Shown: positions 1 through 10,209, numbered from the stretch's first letter. The stretch: DNA of 64,000 bases from Planctomycetota bacterium (GCA_052034525.1 JBPOIK010000053.1:22351-86350); one strand, 5' to 3'. Numbers and translations are program-made. Notes: generated from the letters alone by a model not told the origin.

Positions 1-1201
1 CGTCAAGGTCGAAACCACCGCCGTCGAGGAGACGGAGAACTATCCAAGCTGCCCCGGCGTGCTGGAACTGGGCCGGATGCTTGCCGACGAGATGCGGGCG
101 CTGAAGCTCGAGGGCATCAGCCAGGACGAGGCCGGCATCGTGATGGGCACCATTCCCGGCAACGTGGCGGGCGCCCCGACCATCGCCTGGCTGGCTCATC
201 AGGACACCTCGCCCGAGGCCAGCGGCAAGGACGTCAAGCCCAACATCATCCGCAACTACGACGGACGGGACATCACGCTGCCCGGCGACTCGTCCAAGGT
301 CATCCGGGTGGCCGACACGCCGGAACTGGCCGAACTCAAGGGAAAAACGCTCATCACATCGGACGGCACCACGCTGCTGGGGGCGGATGACAAGGCCGGC
401 ATCGCCGTGATCATGACGGCCGCCGCTCACCTGATGGCTCATCCGGAGATTCAGCACGGGCCGATTCGCGTGGTCTTCACCAGTGACGAGGAGGTCGGCC
501 GGGGCGTCGACAAGGTGGACATCAAGAAGATCGACGCCACCTGCGCCTACACGCTGGACGGCAGCGGCAGCGGCGAGCTGGAGAATGAGACCTTTTCCGC
601 CGACCTCGCCACCGTCACCATCACCGGCTACAACATCCATCCCGGGCTGGCGACGGGGCGCATGATCAACGCGATCCGGCTGGCGGGTGAATTCCTCTCG
701 CGGATGCCCTGGCAGCGGCTGGCGCCGGAGACGACGGCCGGCCGGGACGGGTTTCTGCATCCCTACGTGATCGAAGGCGGCGTGCCGGAGGTGAAGCTGC
801 GCATCCTGCTGCGGAGCTTTGAGACCGCCGAACTGGCCGGGCAGGCGGAGATCCTGCGGCAGATCGCGGCCACCGTGCGGGCCGAGCATCCCAGAGCCTG
901 CATCGATGTGGATGTGAAGCGGCAGTACCGCAACATGAAAGAGCATCTGGACAAGGAGCCCCGGGCGGTGGCCCTGGCCGCGGCGGCCATGAAGGCCGTG
1001 GGCATCGAGCCGAAGTACGCCTCCATCCGCGGTGGCACCGACGGCTCACGGCTGAGCGAGATGGGCCTGCCCACGCCGAACCTGGCCACCGGCATGCACA
1101 ACTTCCACTCCGTGCTGGAGTTTGCCTGCCTGGAGGAGATGGAATCGGCCGTGAAGATTCTTATTGAACTGGCCCAGTTGTGGGGCAGGGAAAAAGCGTG
1201 A
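1..1201 (+). CDS. pepT: Peptidase T (tripeptide aminopeptidase, M20B family). The 5' end is cut by the window edge; the reading frame is open from nt 2.
   Basis: Collinear with E. coli PepT along its length, including the active-site block 'TLITSDGTTLLGADDKAGIA' and the 'IRGGTDGSRLSEMGLPTPNL' block. Confidence 0.85.
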   Translation, partial: VKVETTAVEETENYPSCPGVLELGRMLADEMRALKLEGISQDEAGIVMGTIPGNVAGAPTIAWLAHQDTSPEASGKDVKPNIIRNYDGRDITLPGDSSKVIRVADTPELAELKGKTLITSDGTTLLGADDKAGIAVIMTAAAHLMAHPEIQHGPIRVVFTSDEEVGRGVDKVDIKKIDATCAYTLDGSGSGELENETFSADLATVTITGYNIHPGLATGRMINAIRLAGEFLSRMPWQRLAPETTAGRDGFLHPYVIEGGVPEVKLRILLRSFETAELAGQAEILRQIAATVRAEHPRACIDVDVKRQYRNMKEHLDKEPRAVALAAAAMKAVGIEPKYASIRGGTDGSRLSEMGLPTPNLATGMHNFHSVLEFACLEEMESAVKILIELAQLWGREKA

Positions 1202-1351
1202 CCGGCCTGTTATCCCGGCGCCGATTGGGCTCCGCGGAACCGGCTCGTTTCTGTGGGACCGGCGTTTTCGCCGGTCACCGTGTGGCTTGGCATACCGTAA
1301 CGTCGCCTCTTCTTCCGGAGACTCCGCCCACCGGGCGGACAACAGACGTGT

Positions 1352-2866
1352 ATGAGCACTGAACCGACCCCCGAAAAGCCGTCCAGCCCGCTTCAAGAGA
1401 TCATCCAGCCCTTCATCGACCTGGCTCACGCCCCCCGCGCCCTGTGGGGCATCAATCTGGCGTATGTCATCGAGGGCATGGTCTACTTCGGAATGCTGGG
1501 CTACCTGGCGATGTACTTCAACCAGTACGTGGGTCTTGGCGACCAGCTTGCCGGCATCATGGTGGGTGTGCTCACGTCGGGCATCACCCTGGCCATGCTC
1601 TTTCTGGGCCCGGTCGCAGACAAATGGGGTGTCCGTTTCGCCATTCTCACAGCATTCATACTGATGTTGATCGGTCGCGTATGCCTCTCACTGGGACCCA
1701 CGATTGGCTTGAACCCGGACGGTGTGTGGTCGCCTATTCACATGCTGGCGTTGGTGGGCATTTTGTTTGTGGTTACGGGTTACGGCATGTATCAGCCCGG
1801 AGCCTATGCGGCCGTCCGCCTGTTCACGACTCCGAAGACGGCCGCCATGGGTTTTGCCATGTTATACGCCTTGATGAACCTGGGAGGCTGGCTGCCCAGC
1901 TTCTTCGGCTTCGTGCGGCAGGCCATCGGTATATCGGGCGCCTATTGGGTGTACGCCAGCCTGACCCTGGTCGCCCTGCTGTGCACGTACTTCATTCTCT
2001 CGAAGAAGACCGTGCAATCTGCCATTGCGGCGGCCAAGTCGGCGCGTGGTGAAGGCGATCACATCCTGCTTGACGAATCCGGTCACATCGGCATGGACTT
2101 GCCGTGTGTCGGTTGCGGCTACAACCTTCGAAGCCTCGACCCCGACGGCTGCTGCCCGGAATGTGGGGCGGTCGTGCGAAAATCGATGACACCGCGGGAA
2201 ACGCCGAAGCCGCAGACCCACGAACCGTTCGATTTCGTGCGATGGTTGCGGAACCATCCACTGGCCGATGCGAAGTTCAGCTTCTTCATCTTCTGTCTGA
2301 TCCCTGTGCAGACGCTTTTTGCACACAACTGGCTTACCCTGCCGATGTACGTGGAACGCGCCTTCCGCGGTTCGCTGATAGGCAAGTACTTCGAGTTTGC
2401 CGTGAATCTCAACCCGATTCTGATCTTCATTTTTGTGCCCATCGTGACCGCCCTGACTCAGCGGGCCAGGGTGTACAAGATGATGATCATTGGCACCGCC
2501 GTAATGGCGGCACCCACTCTGCTGCTGGCGATCGGACCGAGTGCATGGACCCTGTTCGGTTTTCTGGTGATCATGACCATCGGCGAAGCCATGTGGCAGC
2601 CGCGGTTTCTGCAATACGCAGCCGAAATTGCGCCCGAAGGCCGTACCGGTGCCTACATGGGCGTGGCGCAGCTTCCGTGGTTCCTCACAAAGGTGCTGGT
2701 TCCGCTCTATTCCGGCTGGTTTCTGCAGAGATACTGTCCGCCGACGGGGGAGCAGAACACGCAGGTCATGTGGCTTATCTACGGGTGTATCGCCCTGATG
2801 TCCACCCTCCTGCTGATTCTCGCCAAAGGCTGGATCGGCAAGGATTTCAAGACGAAAGCCGCATGA
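1352..2866 (+). CDS. MFS-type membrane transporter (about 12 TM) with a Cys4 zinc-ribbon insertion in the central cytoplasmic loop.
   Basis: Hydrophobic helices before and after aa ~250. The central loop carries CVGCGYNLRSLDPDGCCPECG. The GC-rich codon usage is consistent with the rest of the window. Confidence 0.6.
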   Translation: MSTEPTPEKPSSPLQEIIQPFIDLAHAPRALWGINLAYVIEGMVYFGMLGYLAMYFNQYVGLGDQLAGIMVGVLTSGITLAMLFLGPVADKWGVRFAILTAFILMLIGRVCLSLGPTIGLNPDGVWSPIHMLALVGILFVVTGYGMYQPGAYAAVRLFTTPKTAAMGFAMLYALMNLGGWLPSFFGFVRQAIGISGAYWVYASLTLVALLCTYFILSKKTVQSAIAAAKSARGEGDHILLDESGHIGMDLPCVGCGYNLRSLDPDGCCPECGAVVRKSMTPRETPKPQTHEPFDFVRWLRNHPLADAKFSFFIFCLIPVQTLFAHNWLTLPMYVERAFRGSLIGKYFEFAVNLNPILIFIFVPIVTALTQRARVYKMMIIGTAVMAAPTLLLAIGPSAWTLFGFLVIMTIGEAMWQPRFLQYAAEIAPEGRTGAYMGVAQLPWFLTKVLVPLYSGWFLQRYCPPTGEQNTQVMWLIYGCIALMSTLLLILAKGWIGKDFKTKAA

Positions 2867-2902
2867 CGCGCGGGCGGGTCGGCCGGCCGACGCCCCGCGG
2901 CG

Positions 2903-5851
2903 TCACCGCGCCTGCATCGCGTCCACGATGTTGTTCCGCGCCGCGTGACGGGCCGGGCCGACGCCCGCCAGAACGCATACGGCCACCGTCAGCGCGGTGC
3001 CCATCCACACGTTTGGCCACGGGATCACGCACGGGAACGATATTCCCACAATCCGCTCGGTGATTTCCGCGGCGCTCCACGACGCCTGGATTCCCAGCGC
3101 CACGCCCATCACGCAGCCCAGAAGACCCAGCGAAATCGCTTCGGCCAACACCAGCCGCACGATCTGCGACTTGGTCGCCCCGACCGCCCGCAGAACGGCG
3201 ATCTGCCGCGTCCGCGCCGTTACGCTCGCCATCATCAGGTTCGCCACGCCGAATGCCGCCACTGCCAGCGACACCGCCGGCATGGCCGTCATCAGCAGGG
3301 TCACCTCCCGGATGTCCCGGTCGATCCTCTGCTTCAGCAGCCGGACGGAGCCCACGATCGCCTCCGGCCGCCCCAACTGGCCGGCCGTCTCCAGCACCCG
3401 CTGCAATACCAGCCGCTCGCAGAACGCCGCCCAGCGTTCGGCCGGTCGCAGCGCGTCCCATTCCTCCGCCACGGATTGCAGCACGATCCGATAGCGCTGC
3501 ACCGTCTGTACGGCCAATGCGTCAAACGGCGCCGACGGGTCCGCCAGCCGGGCCCGCAACTGCGGCACCACGGCTTCCAGCACCGATCGTTCGTTCGGCA
3601 GCGACGCCTGCCAGTCGATCATCGCCTGAAACGCGGATCGCGCGTCGATGCCCGGCGGTGCGGCCGCGTCAAATGCCGCCGGGCGGTGCGCTGAGGGCAG
3701 GGTGACATTCAGCATGAACATGCCCATGTCCCGCAGCCCGAAGCATCGATCGGCGTCGGCGATGGTCCCCAGCACCGACGCCGAGGCCGCCCGCACCATG
3801 TAGCTGTCCGCCTGGAAATACGTCACGGCGATGTCCAGAGCCGGGGATTGCACAATGCCGGCCACCTCGAACGACGCCGTCCGACCGCCCGCCCGAATGA
3901 GGATCTGGTCGCCCAGCGACACGTTCAGCGTGTGGGCCGCTTCCGGCGGCAGCAGTACGTACCCGCCGCGCTGCAGCTTGGCGGCCGCGTCTTCCAGGTT
4001 GCCCTCCAGAAAGCTGATCCGCATCATGGCCAGCACGGGGGCCAGTTCGCCGGCCACAAACGTCCCCTGCAGCCATCCGGTTCGGGCGATCTCTCCTTTG
4101 GCCCACGGCGCCCGCGGGTTGGGCGTGCGAAGGTGGCACGCGACATCGCTCACCACCATCAGATCGCGGATCCCGGGCAACTCGCCGCGCTCCACCGCCT
4201 GCTCCACCTTCATCCGCGCTTCCGCGGAGAACCGATTGCCGCTCCAGACGAACGCTTCCGGCATAGCCTTCGGAAAATCCCAGGCGGCGATGATCCCCTC
4301 GCTCCGGGCGGAGATGTATACGATGAGCGACAGCCCGACCATCAGCATCCAGCACACGCCTGCGCTGCGCCACGGGGCGCGGCGCACCTGGTCCTGAGCC
4401 AGCCGCCGCTTCAACCTCAGCAGCGGCGCCACCAGTGCCACAACCGGCCCGCCGATCAGCCACACCATGGCCGGCGTGAGCAGCACGAACCCCCCGTAGA
4501 CCGAGGCCACGCTGGCGAACGCCACTCCCGGCTCAAACCAGGCTTGTGAGGGCGTATGCCGGACCATGCCGTTGTGCGCCAGGATCAGCGCCACGCCCGC
4601 CAGCGCCGCCACCGCCATCCACCCTGCACGGCCCGGCTGGGACTCCGGGTTCGCCGCCGCCAGCGGCGACACCCGCGACACCTGCACCAGCAGCAGCGCG
4701 GCACTGAACAGCGTTGTGATCGCCCCACCGGCAATGGCCAACCCCACGCCCCAGCGGCTGATCGTCACGCCCTGCACGTACTCCGGCACGAACGACGCCC
4801 CGATCTGCGTCAAACCCACGCCGATCGGCAGCCCCAGCGCAATGCCCGCCGCACCCAGCGGCACCACCTCCACCAGCACCAGCACGCACAACTGCCGTCG
4901 CGTCATCCCCACACATCGCAGCATCCCGAGCTGGCCGATGCGCTCGATCAGCCCCATGCTCATCGTGGTCACGATGATGAAGAACGCCGTCAGCATCGCC
5001 ACGAACGCCACCAGCACCAGCACCATGTGCGTGATCCGCTCGGCCTCTTCGAGCTGCTGAATGCGGGCCTCCGCCGTCGTCACTTCCGCCGAGATTCCCC
5101 GCGCGGACAGTCGGTCGATGACGCGCTCGGCGGCGCGGCGCACCGACTCGACGGAGTGGTCCGCCAGGATCAGGTCGATCACGGTCACCTTGCCGGGCTC
5201 TTCTCGGAGGTTCTGCAGATCCGGCAGCGGTACGAGCACCGTCGGGTACTGAAACTTCGCCACCCGGTGCAGGTGCATCAGGCCGATCACTGTGAAGGGT
5301 TCTTCCGGCTTGCCCCAACCGGACCGCAGATGAACGGTGTCGCCCAGACGCAGACCCAGCCGGTCGGCCGTCTGCGCTTCCATCAGGATGACGCCGACCT
5401 GACCCACCTCGATCTGCCGGCCCTGCAGCCCCTGCACCTCGCGGAACTCGTACTCCACGCGCGGATCGATGCCGATCGCGTCGACCGGTTCGGCATCGGT
5501 GATCGCGGCCGACGTGTCCGGATCCGGGTGCTCCGGGCGCGGAGGCACTACCAGCTCCATCCGGCGTTTCAGCCGGGCGCTGACCCGGGCCACGTTTTCC
5601 AGGCCCGCCAGTTCGCCGGCCAGCGACTGCGGCAGGCTGCCCCAGTGCCCAAGTGCCGGCTCGATGCTCACATGGCTTTTGCCCAACCAGCGCGTGATGA
5701 GTTGATCGCCGATGCTGCGCCGCACGGACTCGTAGAAGCACGTGACGGAAACGACCGTCGCCACGCCCAGGGCGATCGCCAGCGTCGCCGCGGTCGTCCG
5801 GCCGGGTTTAACCCGCCAGTTCCGTATAGCGAGCCGCCACCAGTGCCGCAT
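2903..5851 (-). CDS. ABC transporter permease, FtsX/MacB-like with duplicated FtsX domains. The likely start is M at 5851; the track start is 5932.
   Basis: The N-terminal TM is 'AATLAIALGVATVVSV'. Large periplasmic domains alternate with 4-TM FtsX bundles, twice. It lies immediately downstream of the ABC ATPase. Confidence 0.8.
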   Translation of the reverse strand: MRHWWRLAIRNWRVKPGRTTAATLAIALGVATVVSVTCFYESVRRSIGDQLITRWLGKSHVSIEPALGHWGSLPQSLAGELAGLENVARVSARLKRRMELVVPPRPEHPDPDTSAAITDAEPVDAIGIDPRVEYEFREVQGLQGRQIEVGQVGVILMEAQTADRLGLRLGDTVHLRSGWGKPEEPFTVIGLMHLHRVAKFQYPTVLVPLPDLQNLREEPGKVTVIDLILADHSVESVRRAAERVIDRLSARGISAEVTTAEARIQQLEEAERITHMVLVLVAFVAMLTAFFIIVTTMSMGLIERIGQLGMLRCVGMTRRQLCVLVLVEVVPLGAAGIALGLPIGVGLTQIGASFVPEYVQGVTISRWGVGLAIAGGAITTLFSAALLLVQVSRVSPLAAANPESQPGRAGWMAVAALAGVALILAHNGMVRHTPSQAWFEPGVAFASVASVYGGFVLLTPAMVWLIGGPVVALVAPLLRLKRRLAQDQVRRAPWRSAGVCWMLMVGLSLIVYISARSEGIIAAWDFPKAMPEAFVWSGNRFSAEARMKVEQAVERGELPGIRDLMVVSDVACHLRTPNPRAPWAKGEIARTGWLQGTFVAGELAPVLAMMRISFLEGNLEDAAAKLQRGGYVLLPPEAAHTLNVSLGDQILIRAGGRTASFEVAGIVQSPALDIAVTYFQADSYMVRAASASVLGTIADADRCFGLRDMGMFMLNVTLPSAHRPAAFDAAAPPGIDARSAFQAMIDWQASLPNERSVLEAVVPQLRARLADPSAPFDALAVQTVQRYRIVLQSVAEEWDALRPAERWAAFCERLVLQRVLETAGQLGRPEAIVGSVRLLKQRIDRDIREVTLLMTAMPAVSLAVAAFGVANLMMASVTARTRQIAVLRAVGATKSQIVRLVLAEAISLGLLGCVMGVALGIQASWSAAEITERIVGISFPCVIPWPNVWMGTALTVAVCVLAGVGPARHAARNNIVDAMQAR

Positions 5852-6557
5852 CGCCCGACCCCCCGGGTTGAATCTCGCCCACGATCCGCCCGTCTTTGAG
5901 CACGATGATCCGGTCGGCCAACGCGGCGCCAACCGCTTCGTGCGTTACCGCCACGATCGTCCGCTGCTGCTGCGACGCCAGCCGGCGCAACAGTTGCCAG
6001 ACCTCCTGGGCGTGACGCGAGTCCAGATTGCCCGTCGGCTCATCCGCCAGCAGAATGGCCGGGTCGTTCACCAGCGCCCGCGCCACGGCCACCCGCTGCT
6101 GCTCTCCGCCCGACAGCGCCGCCGGGCGGTGCGTCGCCCGGTGGGTCAGATGCACCGTTTCCAGCAGGGCCCGCACCTTCGGCGCGACGACGTTTCCATT
6201 CTCTCCGTCCACCATCAGGGGCAAAGCGATGTTCTCCTCCGCCGAGAGGCTCGGCAGCAGGTTGAACGCCTGAAACACCACGCCCAGCCGGCGGCGACGG
6301 AACACCGTCCGCGCCCGATCGTTCATGCTCGTCAGATTACGCCCCTCGATGATGATCTGTCCGGCCGTCGGCAGGTCCAACCCCCCCAGCAGGTGCAGCA
6401 GGGTGCTCTTGCCCGAACCGCTGGCTCCCATGATGGCCACGAACTCGCCGCGCGCCGCCGTCAGATCCACGCCGGTCAATGCGTGAACAACGCCCCCGGC
6501 CCCGGCATAGTCCTTCCGCAGGCCGCGTACCTCCAGGATCAGGTCCATCTCCCGCAT
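5808..6557 (-). CDS. ABC transporter ATP-binding protein (LolD/MacB type).
   Basis: Walker [10 protein letters not shown], signature [15 protein letters not shown], Walker [13 protein letters not shown]. The ATG at 6557 is preceded by GGGAGG; the ORF-track start at 6704 is probably too long. Confidence 0.9.
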   Translation of the reverse strand: MREMDLILEVRGLRKDYAGAGGVVHALTGVDLTAARGEFVAIMGASGSGKSTLLHLLGGLDLPTAGQIIIEGRNLTSMNDRARTVFRRRRLGVVFQAFNLLPSLSAEENIALPLMVDGENGNVVAPKVRALLETVHLTHRATHRPAALSGGEQQRVAVARALVNDPAILLADEPTGNLDSRHAQEVWQLLRRLASQQQRTIVAVTHEAVGAALADRIIVLKDGRIVGEIQPGGSGDAALVAARYTELAG

Positions 6558-6723
6558 TCTACGCCTCCCGCCGCCTCCGTGCCATTCGTACCAGTCCCCT
6601 TTGTGCCGGGATTCCTCTATGTCTTCGACCCCGCGGGACAATCCCGGAGCAGTCATCGACGGATTCGCCTTGGCGCCTGTCGTGGCGGTTTTTTCGGGGG
6701 TCATTCCGGACTATACTTCCGGC

Positions 6724-7839
6724 ATGCGCAGAACCACGCGCGAACCGGACCCGCGCATGATGGCACGCGCACTTCTGCTCGCCAGGCGCGGTCAGGGACG
6801 AGTGGAGCCCAACCCCATGGTGGGCTGCGTGCTCGTGCGAGCCGGACGGATCGTGGGGGAAGGGTGGCACCGTCGTTTCGGCGGACCTCATGCCGAGGTC
6901 GAGGCTTTGCGCCGCGCCGGTCCTCGTGCCAACGGGTCCACAGCCTACGTCAGCCTTGAACCCTGCTGCCATCACGGAAAGACGCCACCCTGTACCGAAG
7001 CGCTGCTGGACGCCGGCGTGGCTCGCGTGGTGGTCGCGATGCTGGACCCGAACCCGCTCGTTTGCGGCGGGGGAGTGCGGAGGCTGCGCAAGGCCGGTGT
7101 GCGAGTGGACGTGGGTCTGCTGGAAGAGGAGGCCCGCTCCGTGAATCGTCCGTTCTGCATGCGCATCCAGACCGGCCTGCCCTGGGTGATTCTCAAATGG
7201 GCACAAAGCCTCGATGGCCGGATCGCCACGCGCACCGGCCAGTCGAAGTGGATATCGTGCGAAGCCTCTCGCCGACGGGTCCACCACCTGCGTGCCCGCG
7301 TGGACGCCGTCCTGATCGGTTCGGGCACCGCGCTGGCGGACGACCCATTGCTCACCGCCCGCGACGTGCCGGTTCGTCGCGTCGCCACGAGGGTTGTGCT
7401 TGATTCTCGCTTGCGCCTGCCCGTCTCCAGCAGGCTGGTCCAGACGGCCGGAGAATTCCCAACGCTTGTCTTCACGTCCCGCCGGGCCCTCACGGCCCAG
7501 GGTCGACGGGCCGAGTCCCTCAGAAGGCACCAGGTGGAGCTTGTTGCGTGCCCCACCAGCCGCACCGGCATCGCCCTGCGACCCGCCCTGCGGGCACTTG
7601 TTCGCCGCGGTATGACCAATGTGCTCGTGGAGGGCGGCAGCCAGGTGCTCGGTGCTTTCTGGGATGCCCGATTGGCGTGCGAGACTTACGTGTTTGTCGC
7701 CCCGGTTCTTCTCGGGGGCCTCCGCGCCCTTCCCGCTCTAGGCGGCACCGGCTCAGCCGCCGTGGGCGAAGTCGCGCCACATTCGCACGAATTTACGCGC
7801 ATTGGGTCAGACCTGCTTTATCATTCTATTTTACAGTAG
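6724..7839 (+). CDS. ribD: Bifunctional riboflavin biosynthesis protein RibD (deaminase/reductase).
   Basis: Contains 'MARALLLARRGQGRVEPNPMVGCVLV', HAEVEAL and the 'SLEPCCHHGKTPPC' zinc motif. The C-terminal reductase domain is present. Confidence 0.85.
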   Translation: MRRTTREPDPRMMARALLLARRGQGRVEPNPMVGCVLVRAGRIVGEGWHRRFGGPHAEVEALRRAGPRANGSTAYVSLEPCCHHGKTPPCTEALLDAGVARVVVAMLDPNPLVCGGGVRRLRKAGVRVDVGLLEEEARSVNRPFCMRIQTGLPWVILKWAQSLDGRIATRTGQSKWISCEASRRRVHHLRARVDAVLIGSGTALADDPLLTARDVPVRRVATRVVLDSRLRLPVSSRLVQTAGEFPTLVFTSRRALTAQGRRAESLRRHQVELVACPTSRTGIALRPALRALVRRGMTNVLVEGGSQVLGAFWDARLACETYVFVAPVLLGGLRALPALGGTGSAAVGEVAPHSHEFTRIGSDLLYHSILQ

Positions 7840-8007
7840 ATTGCCACGAATCATGAGGGTGATGCCAGAGCCTCATTCCTGCATCGCTTTAAGTCAAACG
7901 CCTTCCACAGCCGATTCTGAGAACAGGGCAATCGCCTGACCCGAGGCATCCGTACTGTGCAGTAGGGTGACGCGCGGGCCGTTGCGGGGAGGAAGCAGGA
8001 GGCAGGC

Positions 8008-8187
8008 ATGTCGGTGAACGTCGAGGAGGAGCCACGGGCCAGACGCCGGATTCCGTCGATCCGGCCACCAGCGCACCCGGTCGAAACGGAAATCGAGCGG
8101 CGAATTGAACAACTCACCACTCGGGCAGTGGACGGCTTCGAGGAATGGGTCAACAGCTTGTGGCAGCGAGCTTCCAGCGCCTCGTAA
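8008..8187 (+). CDS. Small hypothetical protein (59 aa) missed by the ORF track.
   Basis: ATG at 8008 is preceded by tandem GGAGG boxes (gggaggaagcaggaggcaggcATG). A GTGTCG-n5-CGACAC hairpin follows the stop at 8218-8236. It sits in a 511-bp gap. Confidence 0.3.
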   Translation: MSVNVEEEPRARRRIPSIRPPAHPVETEIERRIEQLTTRAVDGFEEWVNSLWQRASSAS

Positions 8188-8302
8188 GCATCTCAGAAGA
8201 AGAGAATTGTGTCGTTCTGCGACACGTTGCGCGCTGCCTCAGCCCATTCACATATGCAACGGAGGGGGCTTTGGATATGCTTACCCAGTTTGCGTAACCG
8301 GA

Positions 8303-8336
8303 TTGACTTGACGCTTCCATCAGCACTCCCCATAAT
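8303..8336 (+). promoter_or_regulatory. Sigma70-like promoter upstream of the tsaC-rpiB operon.
   Basis: TTGACT/TTGACG (8303-8313), 17 nt spacer, CATAAT (8331-8336), then a ctggag SD and ATG at 8352. Confidence 0.4.
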
Positions 8337-8351
8337 GACGCTCCTGGAGCT

Positions 8352-9479
8352 TTGTTCATGGCGTTGGATGCTATAACCTTCTATTCAGGCGAAGGTTATG
8401 AAAGGTCGCTTAAAACTGCGTCCGAAGCGTTTCAACGTGGCGGCCTGGTGATTTTCCCGACCGAGACGGTTTATGGAGTCGGCGCGCGGGCGGACATTCC
8501 CGCGGCGGTCGCCCGGCTGCGAGAGGCAAAGCAGCGTACGGATGAGCAGCCGTTTACGGTCCATATCGGCCGGCGCGATGATGTGGACCGGTTCGTGCCG
8601 AAAGTCAGCGCGATGGGGCGCCGATTGATCCGGCGAGGGTGGCCGGGGCCAATTACGATTCTGTTTCCGGTGGATGACGCCGGCGACGCCCCGATCGTCC
8701 AAGAGTTGGGTGCCGCCGCGGCCCGCGCGATGTACCACGAGGGATTTGTCGGCCTCCGGTGCCCGGATGACGACCGGGCCCGCGAGTTGCTGAACGAGGC
8801 CGGCGGTCCGGTGGTGGCGGCCAGCGCCAACGTGGCGGGCCAGTCGGCGCCGCGAACCGTGGCCGAGGCGTTGCGTACGCTTAAGGGAAAGGTGGACGTG
8901 GTGCTGGACGGCGGGCCGACGCGGTTGTCCGTGCCCTCCACGATCGTTCGGCTGGACGGAACGGGGTATCGGGTGTTGCGCTCGAGCGTTTACGATGAGG
9001 CCTCGCTGCGCCGGCTGACGGCGTTGAACATTCTGATGGTCTGCACGGGCAATACGTGCCGCAGCCCGATGGCGGCGGCGATGGGCGGGCAACTGCTGGC
9101 CGAGCGGGTCGGCGGTCGGGCGGACGTGTTGGCGGCGCGTGGCGTGACCATTCGATCGTGCGGAGTGTTTGCCGCGGAAGGGTCGCCGGCGTCGGCCGAA
9201 GCGGTGGAAGTGATGTCGCGGCGCGGCCTGGACTTGTCCGGGCATCGATCGCAGCCGTTGACCGCGGAGCTGATCAACCAGGCGGATTACATCTTCGTCA
9301 TGACGCAGAGCCATCTGGACGGCGTGATCCGAATCGTGCCTTCGGCGCAGGACCGTTGTCGGCTGTTGTGTGACGGCGAGGTGGACGATCCGATGGGCGG
9401 TTCTACGGAACGATATGCGCAGTGCGCGGTGCAGTTGGAGGCCGGTCTGCGCGAGCGGTTGAAAGAGGTGGAAATATGA
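8352..9479 (+). CDS. tsaC: Threonylcarbamoyl-AMP synthase (TsaC/Sua5/YrdC domain) fused to a low-molecular-weight protein tyrosine/arginine phosphatase domain.
   Basis: The N-terminal YrdC fold carries 'GGLVIFPTETVYGVGA'. The C-terminal part carries the LMW-PTP P-loop 'VCTGNTCRSPMA' and a downstream 'DDPMGG' block. Confidence 0.85.
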   Translation: MFMALDAITFYSGEGYERSLKTASEAFQRGGLVIFPTETVYGVGARADIPAAVARLREAKQRTDEQPFTVHIGRRDDVDRFVPKVSAMGRRLIRRGWPGPITILFPVDDAGDAPIVQELGAAAARAMYHEGFVGLRCPDDDRARELLNEAGGPVVAASANVAGQSAPRTVAEALRTLKGKVDVVLDGGPTRLSVPSTIVRLDGTGYRVLRSSVYDEASLRRLTALNILMVCTGNTCRSPMAAAMGGQLLAERVGGRADVLAARGVTIRSCGVFAAEGSPASAEAVEVMSRRGLDLSGHRSQPLTAELINQADYIFVMTQSHLDGVIRIVPSAQDRCRLLCDGEVDDPMGGSTERYAQCAVQLEAGLRERLKEVEI

Positions 9480-9931
9480 AAATCGCACTGTCCAGCGATC
9501 ATCGCGGATTTCTCGCCAAACAGCATATGGCCGAGGCCCTGCGCCGGGCGGGGCATGACATCCACGACTTCGGCTGTGACACGCCCGAAGTCTGCGACTA
9601 TCCCGACCCCGGCTTGAAGGCGGCGGAGGCGGTCGCCGAGGGGCAGTGCGACCGGGGCATCCTGTTCTGCGGGACCGGCATCGGCATGTCCATCACCGCC
9701 AACAAAGTGCGGGGCGTACGGGCGGCGGCGGTCCACGATGAATTGACGACCACGCTGTCACGCAAACACAACGACGCCAACATCATCTGTCTGGCCGCCG
9801 ACCTGATGGGAGAGGAGCTTATGCGCCGGGTGATCGATGTGTTTCTGAAAACCGATTTTGAGCGCGGCCGCCATCAGCGTCGCGTCGACAAAATCGCCGC
9901 GTACGAAAGCCGCAACGGCCAAGCCGGCTGA
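9476..9931 (+). CDS. rpiB: Ribose-5-phosphate isomerase B.
   Basis: Contains 'MKIALSSDHRGF...ILFCGTGIGMSITANKV'. Its ATG overlaps the upstream stop as ATGA (9476-9479). Confidence 0.9.
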   Translation: MKIALSSDHRGFLAKQHMAEALRRAGHDIHDFGCDTPEVCDYPDPGLKAAEAVAEGQCDRGILFCGTGIGMSITANKVRGVRAAAVHDELTTTLSRKHNDANIICLAADLMGEELMRRVIDVFLKTDFERGRHQRRVDKIAAYESRNGQAG

Positions 9932-10209
9932 GACCGGACGCGGCGCCGGCCGAGGTTCATCCCCCCCTCCAAAAAAAGAAACCTGTTCCGGCGAGCTTGC
10001 GCATACGTGGCGGCGAAGCGCACGTACCCGGCTCGCAGGGGTTCGGTGTGCCTGTCGGCGAGGTTACGTCACACGGAGCACCTGCCATCCGGTGTCGGGT
10101 TCCGGCGGCAGAAAACGGCCACGCGCGGTACCGGATTCCACCATCTCGCAGCGTCAGGTCATGGCACCTGCGTGGTGAGGCCGACGGCACGCTGCCGCAG
10201 GTTGGTGCA

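Noticed and set aside
4556-5899. 447-aa ORF on the plus strand.
   Set aside because: It is antisense to the FtsX permease gene, Arg/His-rich.
7925-8010. The ggaggaagcagg segment recalled the SRP RNA domain IV motif (GGAAGGAAGCAGC).
   Set aside because: The match is partial and there is no flanking symmetric-loop or GNRA hairpin structure. It is better explained as tandem SD boxes for the small ORF.
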